From Histomonas meleagridis 2922-C6/04-290x (taxonomy: Eukaryota; Protista; Parabasalia): a stretch of 64,000 nt of DNA. The DNA is taken from contig JAANOX010000018.1 in NCBI GenBank assembly GCA_020184695.1, positions 124,001 to 188,000 on the forward strand. The letters are read 5' to 3'. Shown one piece after another: positions 20,371 through 32,019 of this stretch. The stretch's first letter is position 1, and every line of letters starts with the position of its first letter. Position numbers and translations under genes: made by a program. The notes under the pieces were generated by a model. The model searched no databases, was not told the DNA's origin, and saw only the letters and a list, made by a program, of their open reading frames with translations.

Positions 20371-21852
20371 TCATTGGACGCTGCATCCTGACTGTTGCTG
20401 CCTTTTCTCAGCGATTGCGTCCTGTAATTCTCTTGACACGCAATAGTCGATAGGAGTCTTCAAAACACAAAACAAACGCCGTTTTTATCCCTTATGTTCA
20501 CCAACACTTCTTCATTTTCAAGAATTGACAAACTACTTTTCAAGTCGTCATTTTGCACAGTGTAATGAAGTGGTGTCTTACCAGTTACGTCTTGATTGTT
20601 GACCTCAATTCCCGGGAAGTTTAACAAGAACATTAAAACCTCAAATTTACTTTCTATTGCTGCGATATGTAATGGTGTTTGATAAATATATAAAGAAAAT
20701 TGATTATTATCTTTCGCATTAACATTAATGTTATCAAAGCCTAAAAGAAAACAAACAATTTCAGGTCGACCTCGATGTACTGCTAAATGAAGTGCTGTCG
20801 AAAATATAATAAAATTAACTCCAAAAATTTAAAAATTAACATTTTATAGCTAAAACAAATAGAGTTGATTTGATTAATATCAAAGTTTTGACATTTGGAA
20901 AGTAACAAAATAGTATCAATAGTTGCACATTGAGCAGAGATATGAAACGGAGTATTAAACATTAAAAATATACCTTAGAGATGTCTGGTTGTAATACTTT
21001 AGTTGGCATTTTTGTTAATAAAAGTTCGACAATGTCACACATGTCTTTCTCAACTGCTAAATGAAGTGGACTACGGATATACGTGTCCTTACAATTGATG
21101 ATTATGTCACTCCGATTACAAAGTAAACGAACAGCTTCAAGATTTCGTGATTTACAGGCATAGTGAAGTGGTGTCTGAATTGAATGGAATAAACTGAAAA
21201 AAATTCAATGAAATTCTGAATATGCAAAAAAGACGTTATCTTGGCAGTTGACTTTGATGTTGGGGTATTCAAGAAGTGCTTTCATGACTTCGCATTTACC
21301 ATATTTGGCTGCTAAATGTAGCGGGGTAAGAAGATATTCATTGGTGATATTGATATCAAGATTCGTTTCAGATTGAATAAATTTTAAGATGCGCGGATTA
21401 CCTCCTTTGGCTGCATAATGTAATAGACTGTTTCGTTTCGCATATGTAGCATTTAAACGTATGGATTTGTTATTGTATAACCAAAAAAATGCTTCGAAAT
21501 TTCCATTTTCAACTGCAATTTGAATAGAATTATTAAATTTAACACCAATGTTATCTAAAAAATTTGCGATTTTAACAGAACCACCAGCGATAGCAAAGTG
21601 TGATAATTGAATTCCAGCAGAATCCGTGGCTTCAATATCTGCACCTTGCCCAATTAATAGCCTCATACATTTTTCTGCTCGGCAATAAACTGCAACGTTG
21701 AGTAATGTTGGTTGGTTGTTTAATATTTTATGACCAATTTTACAATCTCTTGGAAAACGCGCGTCAACACTTAGACCATTACTTAGCTGTTGTTCTAGAT
21801 AACTGACTTTATCTTCTTTGAAGCATAAGAACATTTCAAACGGAGAAAACAT
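20371..21852 (-). CDS. Ankyrin-repeat protein with CaaX (CSVQ) end, interrupted by nine 17/18-nt elements
   Basis: Removing 21234-21218, 21214-21198, 21194-21178, 20973-20957, 20860-20844, 20840-20823, 20819-20802, ~20699-20682 and 20477-20461 gives 1326 nt = 441 aa + TGA, with loops DNRSQTPL, DISKNTPF, NSNGSTAL, DKNGKTPI. Confidence 0.8.
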
Positions 21853-22552
21853 CCAGAAAAAGTGTTTTTCGGATACATTCAAAGTTCAAAAGTTTTGTCA
21901 CAAAATGCTAAGAATTCTGAGACTTGAAAATTTTATATAAATTGAAATAATTGAGTAAAAAATAATCGTAATGTTTATAAAAAGTCGGAGATTGCGAAGT
22001 GATCAAAATTTTTGTGATGATGAGGATGCAAAAAAATAAAAATATATGATTTTAAAAAAGGAAACAGACTATTAAACTAACTTCATGCTTTATGTTCCGA
22101 TACTCAACAATTATAACAAAAATATATTTAATTTACATTGGCAATTATTTATAAAAAATATGTTTCTTGCTACAGATGTGAAAGTGACAATACGCAGGGA
22201 AACGATATGATAAAATTGTAGGAATTTAAAAATCATTGCTAATGGAAACTTAATATTTGTTATACCAATTTTTTATTTTAAACTCATAAAAGCTTATGTC
22301 TTAGCGAGAAACATGAACTGCTGGCTATGAAAAAGATCAAGATTTTTTGAAAAATCTTTTTACTCAACAAATGATTAATATATTAATATGATAATAAATC
22401 TTCAATTACTATAGAATTGTTTAAAGTATTTTGAATCATAATATACGTATATGTTTTAACTATAATTATGTATATATTTTTTTTCTTTTTGCGTTTCTTG
22501 AATTAGTTCATTTCGTTATAAATTATTGACAAAGTTCGTTTGGATTCAAAAA

Positions 22553-24343
22553 ATGAATAAATTCCACAAAGTTTTACTCCAACTTAATCAAAGCAACTAT
22601 GAAGAAACCAAACAAATTCTTATGACTGATATTTCACAAGGAAACGAAGATACCTTTGAACAAATCATTTCACAATTTATATCAGGAATCAACTTTCGAC
22701 CAAGTAATTTGCAATTATATGGTAAATTATGTTGTGATATTTGTAATTCAAATGAAACATTTCATAACTATTTTAATAAATCTGCATTAAGTACTTTAAA
22801 TGAATCCAGACATCAATTTTTATATTTCATTCATTATTTAATGGATTCATCGATTATTTCAGATGAAGCAATTGTCCGTTCTATTGTATCATTTTATAAA
22901 CAGCCCACAACATTTAATTGCTCAATGTTTGCCTTCTTTTATCAAGAATGTCTTGATCTAATTGAAGAAAACTTTTTCCAAGAAATTGAAATTTCGATTA
23001 TTCACTCAGCAAATAAACAAGGTCAATCACGTCAACATCCATTGACACCATTATCCTCACGTTTATACATGGCGTTTGATGAACAATTACAAAATATTCA
23101 TGAAGAAGATCCGCGCTCAATATATCAAATATTAGAAAACCCATTAATTGATATATTTATTAATGATAATGTTAATAAACTTCAAGAACAAAATATTAAT
23201 CCATCGGATATATTAGAGCCATCAATATTACTTCCACATAATTCTCTTCTATATAAACCTTCGTTAATTCAAGTTGCAGCATTTTTCGGATCGATAAAAT
23301 GTTTTAAATATTTACTCGAACGAAATCCGAATTTGGATTATGTCGATACACGTAAAAAAACGATTTTAGATTTTGCTATAATGAGTGGGAATATTGATAT
23401 TATTAAAATATGTGAGGAAAAAGGAATGATTATTAATGAGTTATCATTAAATCAAGCGACGATTTATAGTCAATTTGATTTATTTGATTATTTTTTAACA
23501 AAAATTAAAGAAATAAATTGGGAAAAAATATTTATAACAAGTTGTAAATCAGAAGCACTTATTATAATGCAAAAAGCATTGGAACATAATATACCAATTG
23601 ATATAATAAATGAGAATTTAATTGACGCTGCAAAAAATGGGAAAATAGAAACTGTAAAATTATTAAGTTCTTTATCTTATATTGATATAAATTGTACTTT
23701 GAAAGATGGAATTTGTTTTTATCTTTTGATTCTCCTTTAACTATAGCTGTACAAAATGATAAAATGAAAGTTGTTAAATATTTGTTGAGTTTAAATAACA
23801 TTGATGTGAATCATCATGGAGTTTTTTCATTCTTTTCATTGATGGATTTTAATTTTCGCTTTTAATACAGCGCTTCATCTTGCAGTACAAAATGAGAATT
23901 TGGAATTGGTAAAAATTTTGATTGAGAATAAAAATGTCGATATTAATTGTGTGAATATTGAAAAAATTTTGTTATTTTCTTTTGCAACACCTTTGATTGT
24001 CTCTGTTGTTACTAATTCGAAAGAAATTTGTGATTTCTTACTGCATTTGGATGGAATTGATGTAAACAAACCAAATTGGATTTATTTATATTGTTTAATG
24101 TTAAGAGAAAATATTTGGTGTTTAATTAATTGATTGTATACGCCTTTGTTCTTTGCTGCTTTTTATGGATTTAATGATATTGTGAAAATACTTTGCGAAA
24201 ACAAAAATATAAATATTTCATTCAAAAATTCAATCGGAGAAAATGCGATCCAAAAAGCAATTGAAGGAGGTCATCGTGAAATAGCGTCTTTCTTGTTCAA
24301 CAAAATGAAAGAATTAGAAAACATTCAAAAAGAACAACAATAA
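22553..24343 (+). CDS. DUF3447-type ankyrin-repeat protein interrupted by seven 17/18-nt elements
   Basis: SLIQVAAFFGSIKCFKYLL motif; removing 23711-27, 23821-37, 23847-63, 23966-83, 24080-96, 24100-16 and 24120-36 gives 1671 nt = 556 aa + stop, with loops KDGDSPL, HGIDGNTAL, NIEKATPL, NWNGYTPL. Confidence 0.82.
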
Positions 24344-24600
24344 TTGTTTTTAAGTTGCTAATAATAAATACTGTTTCTTAAAAAAAATATAATCAAATTT
24401 TATTGTATTCGAATCTAATTTTAACTTTTGTGTTTACGTTTTAAGCAAATTTTCTTTTTTTCTCTTTCTGGACATATAAAATTATATAAAATGATTAATA
24501 TTAATACTTAACTTGTTATAACATTTCAAATCAAAAACATGATTATTTAAATAAAAAAATTTTTGATACAAAACAAAGTGATTACATACAAACATTTTAC

Positions 24601-25836
24601 TCACAGAACATTTTGTACAATATTTGTCACAAATCCGAATTCGCTTGAATTCGGTTCATCTATTAATAGAAACTCCTTTGGCCCTTGTTCCTTCTTTGTT
24701 TCTGTCACAGTGACTTCTTCCAGTTCTATTCCATCCTCATAAGATTTCCTGAACAAGAATTTGTACATGTCAATTAGCTGCACTATAACTACAGTTATTT
24801 CGAATATTAAATTACTTACATAACTTTTATTCGCAATCAAAAACGCAACTAAAACAAAAACAGAAGATAACACAACAGAATAAATATGTAATCGAAAGAA
24901 GTTCGTAACTAATTCGATCTTTTTCATTAACGTGTTACTTCGTAATGGCGAATATTGCGTGTAAATCATTTCAAGAGAAGTTTGGAATGAAAATGAAATA
25001 CTTACACAATAATAAAATAACTCAGACGCCATTATGGTTAACAACAAAACTCTCAGCTCAAGAATAGTATTCAAAAGCATCGAAAACACAAAAAATGAAA
25101 AAACAAGTAAAATCATAGGAAGATGTGATTTGATGTCAACATGATCAAAAAAAATTGACCAGCCAATACTGGTAAAATAATTAATGTAGACAATAAAGCA
25201 GTGCGTAATTAGAAAAAGAAAAATGTCTATGATGAAACTAAATATATTGTCATCATCATTAATTGATTTATGAAGCCAAAGTTTTGACGAGGAAAATAAC
25301 GAAATGCTCTTAAGGGCGCAGGATAACATAAAACAAAAATGTGATGATGTGCGTAACCGTGGAAATAGAAATGCATTTAAAACCCACACTAGTGTGAAAA
25401 AACAATAAATTATGGTAAAAACAAAATAAAGATACGGATAATTCTGTTGACGATAATCGAGTAAATTTTGTGGATTATAATATTGAGAAATAATAGTAAG
25501 ATTTTGTTTTCGGCAATTTCCAATTATAGGTATGTAGACACCTTTTTTATTAATTTTGAGAGTTATTGTATAATTATCTTTGGATTTTGGTGAATACGTG
25601 CTAAAAAATAATCCCATGGTACCACAAAGTTTATTAATTTTTGACTTATTTGGGAAAAAGAAATTGAATCTTTGTTTCGTTGGGAAAAAAAGATAAACAC
25701 CAGAATAATTTGATGCTAAAAATGAAATATTAAAAACACCATCATTAAAATATCCATATTCAGGAAGGAGTTGAACAGTTGTTCGCTGATTGATGGATGT
25801 TTTGTAAAGATATGCAATTTGAAAAATATAAAGCAT
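24601..25836 (-). CDS. GPR107/108/TMEM87 (GOST, lung 7TM) family membrane protein
   Basis: Lumenal N-domain, YYNPQNLLDYRQ motif, then about seven hydrophobic helices. Confidence 0.7.
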   Translation of the reverse strand: MLYIFQIAYLYKTSINQRTTVQLLPEYGYFNDGVFNISFLASNYSGVYLFFPTKQRFNFFFPNKSKINKLCGTMGLFFSTYSPKSKDNYTITLKINKKGVYIPIIGNCRKQNLTIISQYYNPQNLLDYRQQNYPYLYFVFTIIYCFFTLVWVLNAFLFPRLRTSSHFCFMLSCALKSISLFSSSKLWLHKSINDDDNIFSFIIDIFLFLITHCFIVYINYFTSIGWSIFFDHVDIKSHLPMILLVFSFFVFSMLLNTILELRVLLLTIMASELFYYCVSISFSFQTSLEMIYTQYSPLRSNTLMKKIELVTNFFRLHIYSVVLSSVFVLVAFLIANKSYVSNLIFEITVVIVQLIDMYKFLFRKSYEDGIELEEVTVTETKKEQGPKEFLLIDEPNSSEFGFVTNIVQNVL

Positions 25837-25925
25837 CTGCTGATGTTTTGATAAAAAACGTTAAAATATTAATATAATTCTCAAAAGATATATTATATAA
25901 CATTCCATTTTCATAGAAATCGGAA

Positions 25926-25998
25926 GGGACTCTAGCTCACCTGGGAGAGCACACGACTGAAGATCGTGAGGTACGTGGTTCGAGTCCGCGGAGTCCCA
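25926..25998 (+). tRNA. tRNA-Phe(GAA)
   Basis: Cloverleaf GGGACTC/GAGTCCC acceptor, CACGA-CTGAAGA-TCGTG anticodon arm, TTCGAGT T-loop, followed by an oligo-T terminator. Confidence 0.97.
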
Positions 25999-26106
25999 TT
26001 TTTTTAATTGATTTTTTATCTTTCTACAAAAAGTTTAATTAAACAGTAAATGTACATTTATTTAAGAATTTATTTCTATATAATTAATTAATTTAGTTTT
26101 CTATAT

Positions 26107-28806
26107 TTAAATTTCTGTAAGTTCATCTCTATTATCTTCTTCTTGAATTTGTTCTATTTGTTGTGGATTTACTTCTGTTGAATTTATATTAAATGTCAAC
26201 GAATCTTCTTCACTTATATTTACTTGATGCGAAAGTATAATGAAATCTTTAATCACTTGCCTTAACTTTCCGCAGTTTTGCATACTGTTCATTATTTCAC
26301 CCGAAACGAATTGTATTTCTTCACTATTTCGATTTGGAAAAGTTTCCGTTAATTTTTGGCATATGAAATCATAAATTTGTTGTAATTCCAAAAATGTAAT
26401 TTTTCCAGTTGCAGCAATCTGTAATAAGTAATGAAGCGATTGAGTCACTTGAGAAAAAAGAAAAGAATGTAAACCGTCAAATAACACATCGAAAAATTGT
26501 GAAAGTAGCTCGAAATAAAATGCAGAATAGAACGAATTCAGCACATTAATATCATTATTTGAATCTAAATGATAAAGAACAGTTGATATGCAATTCATTG
26601 CTAATTCTGAAATATTTGATTGTGGATGCATTATACCAAAATATGTATAATGGAACATTTCTGTGAAGATTTCTTGTGGGATTTGATGAAAATAATCAAA
26701 TGCAGAACGAATGAATTGAAAAAAAGGTAAACGTATTTCGGGGTACTCCGTAAACGTTCCCGAAATGTATTGAAAAGTTGGCGCCAAAAGGTTACTGAAT
26801 AAATGTGGGATCAAATCGGCATAACCATTTTTGATTAAAATTGAAAAGAAATCAAATGCTTCATAAGAATGATTTTTCCCGAAATCATTATAAATTTCAT
26901 TAATTAATTGCATTACGCAAGCGGAATGAGGGAACTTAGTTAAAAATGCTTGAAATAGTTCATATATTTGATGTTTATCTTCTTCTTTTATTACAGTTTG
27001 GAAATTTAATATAACACCTTGAAGTATTTGTTCAATAGTTTGTTGGAAAGAAGGTTCGACAATTGGAATTAATTCTGTTATAATATCTGTTGAATTAGCA
27101 TAATTTAATAAGACGACAGTCATTTTTTGTTTTTCTGCTTCATCTTCACAATAATTTACGAAATAAGTTAAACTTTCAAAGAATGAATGATGAAGATATA
27201 TTGGAATTTTTTGAAGAATCATTGCAATTTGTTCAAATATATTTCTCGAATAACCTTTTTCAGTGATAATTTTTCCACAATTTTTAGCCAAGTTGATAAA
27301 AGTTTTAACAGCTACAAATTGAGCGAATTGATTTCCACTCATAAAATATTCATAATGCTTTGATAAAGACAAACCCAAAATCGGCAAATTACAAGATAAA
27401 AATCGTGGATATAATGAAGCTATATACATAAAAGCAGATGTAACTTGTGACAAAAGTTCATTACCGTTTTGCATAAAGCGTAATAATGATTGAATAATTA
27501 TAGTCATAAATGATATTTCTTCATTTTCATCACAAACACCTGAAATCGCACCAATAGCATATATAAATGGAAGCATTGATTCGTCATAATTCGGTAAATT
27601 AATTTTATCCACAATTACATGAAGAATCTCATCACGATGCATACCAAATAATAACATTAATGTCTCTCGCATCTTATCAAATAGTTCTTTATCTCCATTA
27701 TATTCTGGTGGCTTCGGCATACGACTACATAATGTTAATTGTAATGGAAATAAATAACAATTCGAAAATGGAAGAATTTGTGCATCGAAAATAAATATCT
27801 TCGCAAGTGAATGCCACATATCAATGATTTGTACAAAAAGTTCATCATCAACAATTTTGGAATATTCTATCATCCATTGAATGACAATATCATTCGGTAA
27901 TAATGAGCCGCGATCCATTGATATGAATTTGATTAAAATAATAACAAGTGATGGAATTAACTCAGGATTTTGTAGCATTTCGGAATCATTAGAAAGAACA
28001 CAAATAAATTTATGGAAAAGAGATACAAAAAGTGGATTTGCGGTGGCTGTTTCTCGTGAAACAACTGATGATAAACATTTTAGAACTGGAATTCGAAATG
28101 ATGGTAATGGCATTAAATTCTCAAAGAAAAAATCAAAGATTTTGTCCTCTTCAACAAAGTTTAAATCAATCCAACTAAGATATTCAGCTAATGTTGTTAA
28201 GGATTCGATTTTGATTTGATCAATTTGTGTTTGTAAAAAAACAAATTTAAGAAAACCATATATTAATTGGAAATCATTACGTAAAGCTGTTGTAAGTTCT
28301 TTCTTTTTAGTAGTAGAGATATTAGTTGAATTACGAATTTGTTCAGATAAAGAACAGAAAAGATAAATATTATTTAACATTATGCTTGGATTATTACTTG
28401 AATTATTTATCATGTCTAAAATAAAAGAAGGCCAATTATTCGGCCATTCTTCGAAAATGATTTGAATCAAAACATTATCTAATTGACGTAAAATTGGTAG
28501 AGTAACATCTTTGGTAGGCCAATCACATATGAAACCAAAGTAAATACTCCTTAATTGAGCTTTCTGTTGTTCTGAGAAAATATTCCATTGTGAATTTATT
28601 TTTGATGCAATGACAGATAAACAAAGATATTTCGCTTCATTTGAAGTTGAATTCATTAATAAAGTATGAAAAATATACAATGAGTATGGATGATCACCTA
28701 ATGAACCAATTATTGCGCGAGCTTTTTCACCATCTTCATTACTTTGATAAAAGGCTTGAGCGATTTGTTCGAAATCATTTGGGCTAATTGGGATTCCAGA
28801 GTCCAT
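26107..28806 (-). CDS. Exportin-1 (CRM1)-like karyopherin
   Basis: KYLCLSVIASKINSQW, QLDNVLIQIIFEEWPNNWPSFI, NNIYLFCSLSEQI match the IBN_N/Xpo1 region; YPEIRLPFFQFI resembles the CRM1 C-terminus. Confidence 0.75.
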   Translation of the reverse strand: MDSGIPISPNDFEQIAQAFYQSNEDGEKARAIIGSLGDHPYSLYIFHTLLMNSTSNEAKYLCLSVIASKINSQWNIFSEQQKAQLRSIYFGFICDWPTKDVTLPILRQLDNVLIQIIFEEWPNNWPSFILDMINNSSNNPSIMLNNIYLFCSLSEQIRNSTNISTTKKKELTTALRNDFQLIYGFLKFVFLQTQIDQIKIESLTTLAEYLSWIDLNFVEEDKIFDFFFENLMPLPSFRIPVLKCLSSVVSRETATANPLFVSLFHKFICVLSNDSEMLQNPELIPSLVIILIKFISMDRGSLLPNDIVIQWMIEYSKIVDDELFVQIIDMWHSLAKIFIFDAQILPFSNCYLFPLQLTLCSRMPKPPEYNGDKELFDKMRETLMLLFGMHRDEILHVIVDKINLPNYDESMLPFIYAIGAISGVCDENEEISFMTIIIQSLLRFMQNGNELLSQVTSAFMYIASLYPRFLSCNLPILGLSLSKHYEYFMSGNQFAQFVAVKTFINLAKNCGKIITEKGYSRNIFEQIAMILQKIPIYLHHSFFESLTYFVNYCEDEAEKQKMTVVLLNYANSTDIITELIPIVEPSFQQTIEQILQGVILNFQTVIKEEDKHQIYELFQAFLTKFPHSACVMQLINEIYNDFGKNHSYEAFDFFSILIKNGYADLIPHLFSNLLAPTFQYISGTFTEYPEIRLPFFQFIRSAFDYFHQIPQEIFTEMFHYTYFGIMHPQSNISELAMNCISTVLYHLDSNNDINVLNSFYSAFYFELLSQFFDVLFDGLHSFLFSQVTQSLHYLLQIAATGKITFLELQQIYDFICQKLTETFPNRNSEEIQFVSGEIMNSMQNCGKLRQVIKDFIILSHQVNISEEDSLTFNINSTEVNPQQIEQIQEEDNRDELTEI

Positions 28807-29028
28807 TTCTTAAACCCTTTATGCAGAGCGCACGTTATGATTAGCCAAGACAGTTGAAATGATTCAAAATCATCAGAAAATTGAGTATCGGTCATTCAAA
28901 ACGAAACCTTTTGTTAACAGCCTCATTAAAATTGTTATAAAGTGTATTCATAGATTATTTACTGATTGATAAATCAAAAATATCTGTATATACATAAATA
29001 AATCCAAAGCAAAATAGAAGAAACCTTT

Positions 29029-30507
29029 CTATTTCTTTTTCTCTTTTTCTTTTTTCTCCTTCGCCATAGACAATTTCATTAAATCAATTGAATCTGTTGG
29101 CTCAGGTAAATATTCCAATAGTTTTTGTATCTTAGGGACTTCCATAAAGTTATATCCGATCCTTTGGAAGTCTTGAATCGTCTTTACTAACTTATAACAC
29201 TCTTGGCACTTTCTGAAGTTTATCAAACCGTTCACTTTATTTGGAAATGTTTCTTGAACATAAATTAAATCCTTTTGATAACATCCGATAAATGGGATAC
29301 ATGGTTCTTTAGCTGTAGTTATTATTGATCTATAGTTCTGAAAATCATTAGATATGTTACAAATATTAAGCATCTTTTCATATTCTTTCTTACGTTTGCT
29401 ATTTGTCTTCATTGCATATTTCATTGTGTTGCTCATGCGACTCACTGAACGATGTGTAAGACCTAATATTACGGAAAATACGCCATGAAAATTATTTAGA
29501 TCTAAAAATTGTTTGGCAACATCAATCCAGTTTTTGAATACTTTACCGCGGACTTTGGCGGTTTCGCCTGTAATGATGGATAAGGAAACATAACTCGAAA
29601 ACATAGTAAAATGTTCAACAAGATGATCAATGTTGACGGACGCACGACTTTTTTTGTCGCCCCATATATCATCTAATAATTCATTTGGTTCGATTTGTTT
29701 GAAAATTGAATAATGAAGTAAAGTAACTTGACGAGCAAGCTCAAGCGGATGAACATTTTGTAACGTCCATTCATCTTCGGGTAAATTCATATTGATTATT
29801 GGTTCTGGACATTCTGGAAGTTGGATTTTCTCTTCGTGCTTTATGTTGCCCTTTATCTTTTGGATAATCGCTGTGACTTGACTTGAGTGGTTAATATTTT
29901 TTTCTTCATCATTGAGAAAAGTGCTGAACATTTCGAGAGATTCGATCATGTTTTCATCGAATTGGAATGATGTTATCGAAGTCCATATGTCAAGAATGTG
30001 AATAACACGATCTCTGAGCTTGAGATTATCTTCATTATTGTTCACTTTATAAGCAAAATATCGTGTTATCAGAAATGCCAATATTAATCTGGGTGTTGAA
30101 AAAGACATAAAAGTTTGTAAAAATTGATTATGAAACAAAATAGGTGAATCTGCAGACGTTAAATATAATAACAATTGCGAAAAAGATCCTGCAACTGCGG
30201 ATTTGTTAGTTTCATCAAGGATAAAATTTTCACTGGGGAAAACTTCTTGATTAAGATTTGTTGCAATATCTTTCTGTTCTTTGTCCAGAGCAAGTGTTCT
30301 GTATATAAAAGTTAATATAGATTCATAGTCTGATTTGGATTCAAACATTGTTTGATGCATTGGTTTCAAACTCATAAATAGTCCAGATTTTGTTCTTATT
30401 TTATATTTTCTTGTCGGTTGATGCGACTCAGTTTTATATATATCATTTTTAATTTCTATTACTTCTCCTCCTTTTTTGGGTAAGGATGTAAGCGAGTGCA
30501 CCGACAT
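29029..30507 (-). CDS. RasGEF (REM + CDC25) protein
   Basis: FLQTFMSFSTP REM; PLELARQVTLL, NNFHGVFSVILGL, PCIPFIGCYQKDLIYVQE, GLINFRK. Confidence 0.92.
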   Translation of the reverse strand: MSVHSLTSLPKKGGEVIEIKNDIYKTESHQPTRKYKIRTKSGLFMSLKPMHQTMFESKSDYESILTFIYRTLALDKEQKDIATNLNQEVFPSENFILDETNKSAVAGSFSQLLLYLTSADSPILFHNQFLQTFMSFSTPRLILAFLITRYFAYKVNNNEDNLKLRDRVIHILDIWTSITSFQFDENMIESLEMFSTFLNDEEKNINHSSQVTAIIQKIKGNIKHEEKIQLPECPEPIINMNLPEDEWTLQNVHPLELARQVTLLHYSIFKQIEPNELLDDIWGDKKSRASVNIDHLVEHFTMFSSYVSLSIITGETAKVRGKVFKNWIDVAKQFLDLNNFHGVFSVILGLTHRSVSRMSNTMKYAMKTNSKRKKEYEKMLNICNISNDFQNYRSIITTAKEPCIPFIGCYQKDLIYVQETFPNKVNGLINFRKCQECYKLVKTIQDFQRIGYNFMEVPKIQKLLEYLPEPTDSIDLMKLSMAKEKKEKEKKK

Positions 30508-30696
30508 TTGTTTTGCTTAACCGGTCAATTTGAATAATTATTTAATTATTTGAGAGAACGAAATTTCTCCTTTGAAAATTTGAATTTCGGTTTCGGCGGG
30601 TCAGATCGTAAAGATATTTTTTTTTTCTATGCTATTACATGTTAATTAGCAAATGTTCATGTGCTCATATCATAGGTTATCTTATTTTTGCTTCTT

Positions 30697-30721
30697 TATA
30701 TATATATATATATATATATAT
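30697..30721. repeat. (TA)12 microsatellite
   Basis: Direct reading of the sequence. Confidence 0.9.
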
Positions 30722-32019
30722 CTTGTTAAGATATTTAAATTTTGTCAAATAATTATTCTGAACTTTATTTTAATTTTCTATGCCTGAACGTTATAGTTTT
30801 ATATCAAAAGTAACTATTATCGTTCTGCACCACAAATAATAATATAATTAATTATATATTTTTTCTTTTTCTTTAATGGATGGTAGCTATGGATATTATT
30901 AAATCATACATATAATTATATAAGATCAATGTGAATCTCACTATTATAATCTAATATTTTTATTTTCAAATTGTAATTAATATGGCTTTATTCTAGGAAT
31001 ATTAGATGAATGTTATTAGCTCAATCATTTTAATGAGTAAGCAATACTGTTTTAAAAACCATCTTTATTATAACCTGGAATATATGTTTGAAAAATTTTG
31101 ATATGCATATTTTTAATGGATAAAATAATATTTTCGTGCTAATATCAAATGTTCGAAAATTAGATGAGCTGTCGTTTGAAAAAAAAATCTAAGAATAATT
31201 TGATTGTCAAAAAGAATCATTGAGAAAATTTAGCGAAGAAGATTTATGCCATCAGAATTAGCATACAAATCATCAAATAATATCGTTATTAAAGTCATTC
31301 AAACAAAAATGGGAACCTACTTCTGCATCTTTTTGTTAGTGAATTATAATTTATTATGTTCAATTTTTATTTGAGTAGGAATTCAATCGAATAAATTTTC
31401 GGAATTCAATTTTGAAAAAAATCAATGTTCGGCAGGTGGGATTCTGTGTATACGATACAAAGCTTTCTGTATACGAACAATTATTCGTATTGAAATTGAT
31501 TCAATCAATTGAATATTCTAGAAATAACTAACAAATAGTTTTTATGAGTGAAAGTTCGCATGATTCCATCATATTTGCATAATATCAAACGATTTGCTGA
31601 ATAACATATAAAAAATTATTCATATCAAAGGTCCGTATATCAAATCAAATTATCTGTTCACTTATTTTTTTTCAATTTTATCTTTTCATTTTGAAATATA
31701 ACAAACATGAATCTGTTGATGTCATAGAAGTAATATCACTATTGCTGTATGATTTTCAGAGGCTTGTGTAAGTAGGGGAAATATATCTTAACTATAGGGT
31801 GTTCAAAAGTCCTGACCCCCTCCTATCTTGACTTTCAGTAAATCAGAAAAGAATTATGGAAATATTTTTTTTTTAAATAAATGTACTCATAAACTATGTT
31901 AATGTTTATTGATTTTGTTCTGGTGATGAGAAAAATTTGATTTAATTTTTTATGACTTGAAAGAATGCATTAAAAATGTTAATAAACACGCACATAGCAA
32001 AATGAAATGATGTAAAATT

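Noticed and set aside
21175-21234. Conventional 60-nt GT..AG intron (and a 20-nt GT..AG at 20458-20477)
   Set aside because: Both keep the frame but delete loop residues (DN|TPL, NG|TPI) and lack the parabasalid branch-point motif. The other elements have no AG end, while the 17+3 parse gives canonical loop length. Not fully excluded for these two sites.
31140-31340. Short coding-like stretch (FSEEDLCHQN..IISLLKSF)
   Set aside because: Broken frames and no recognisable family.
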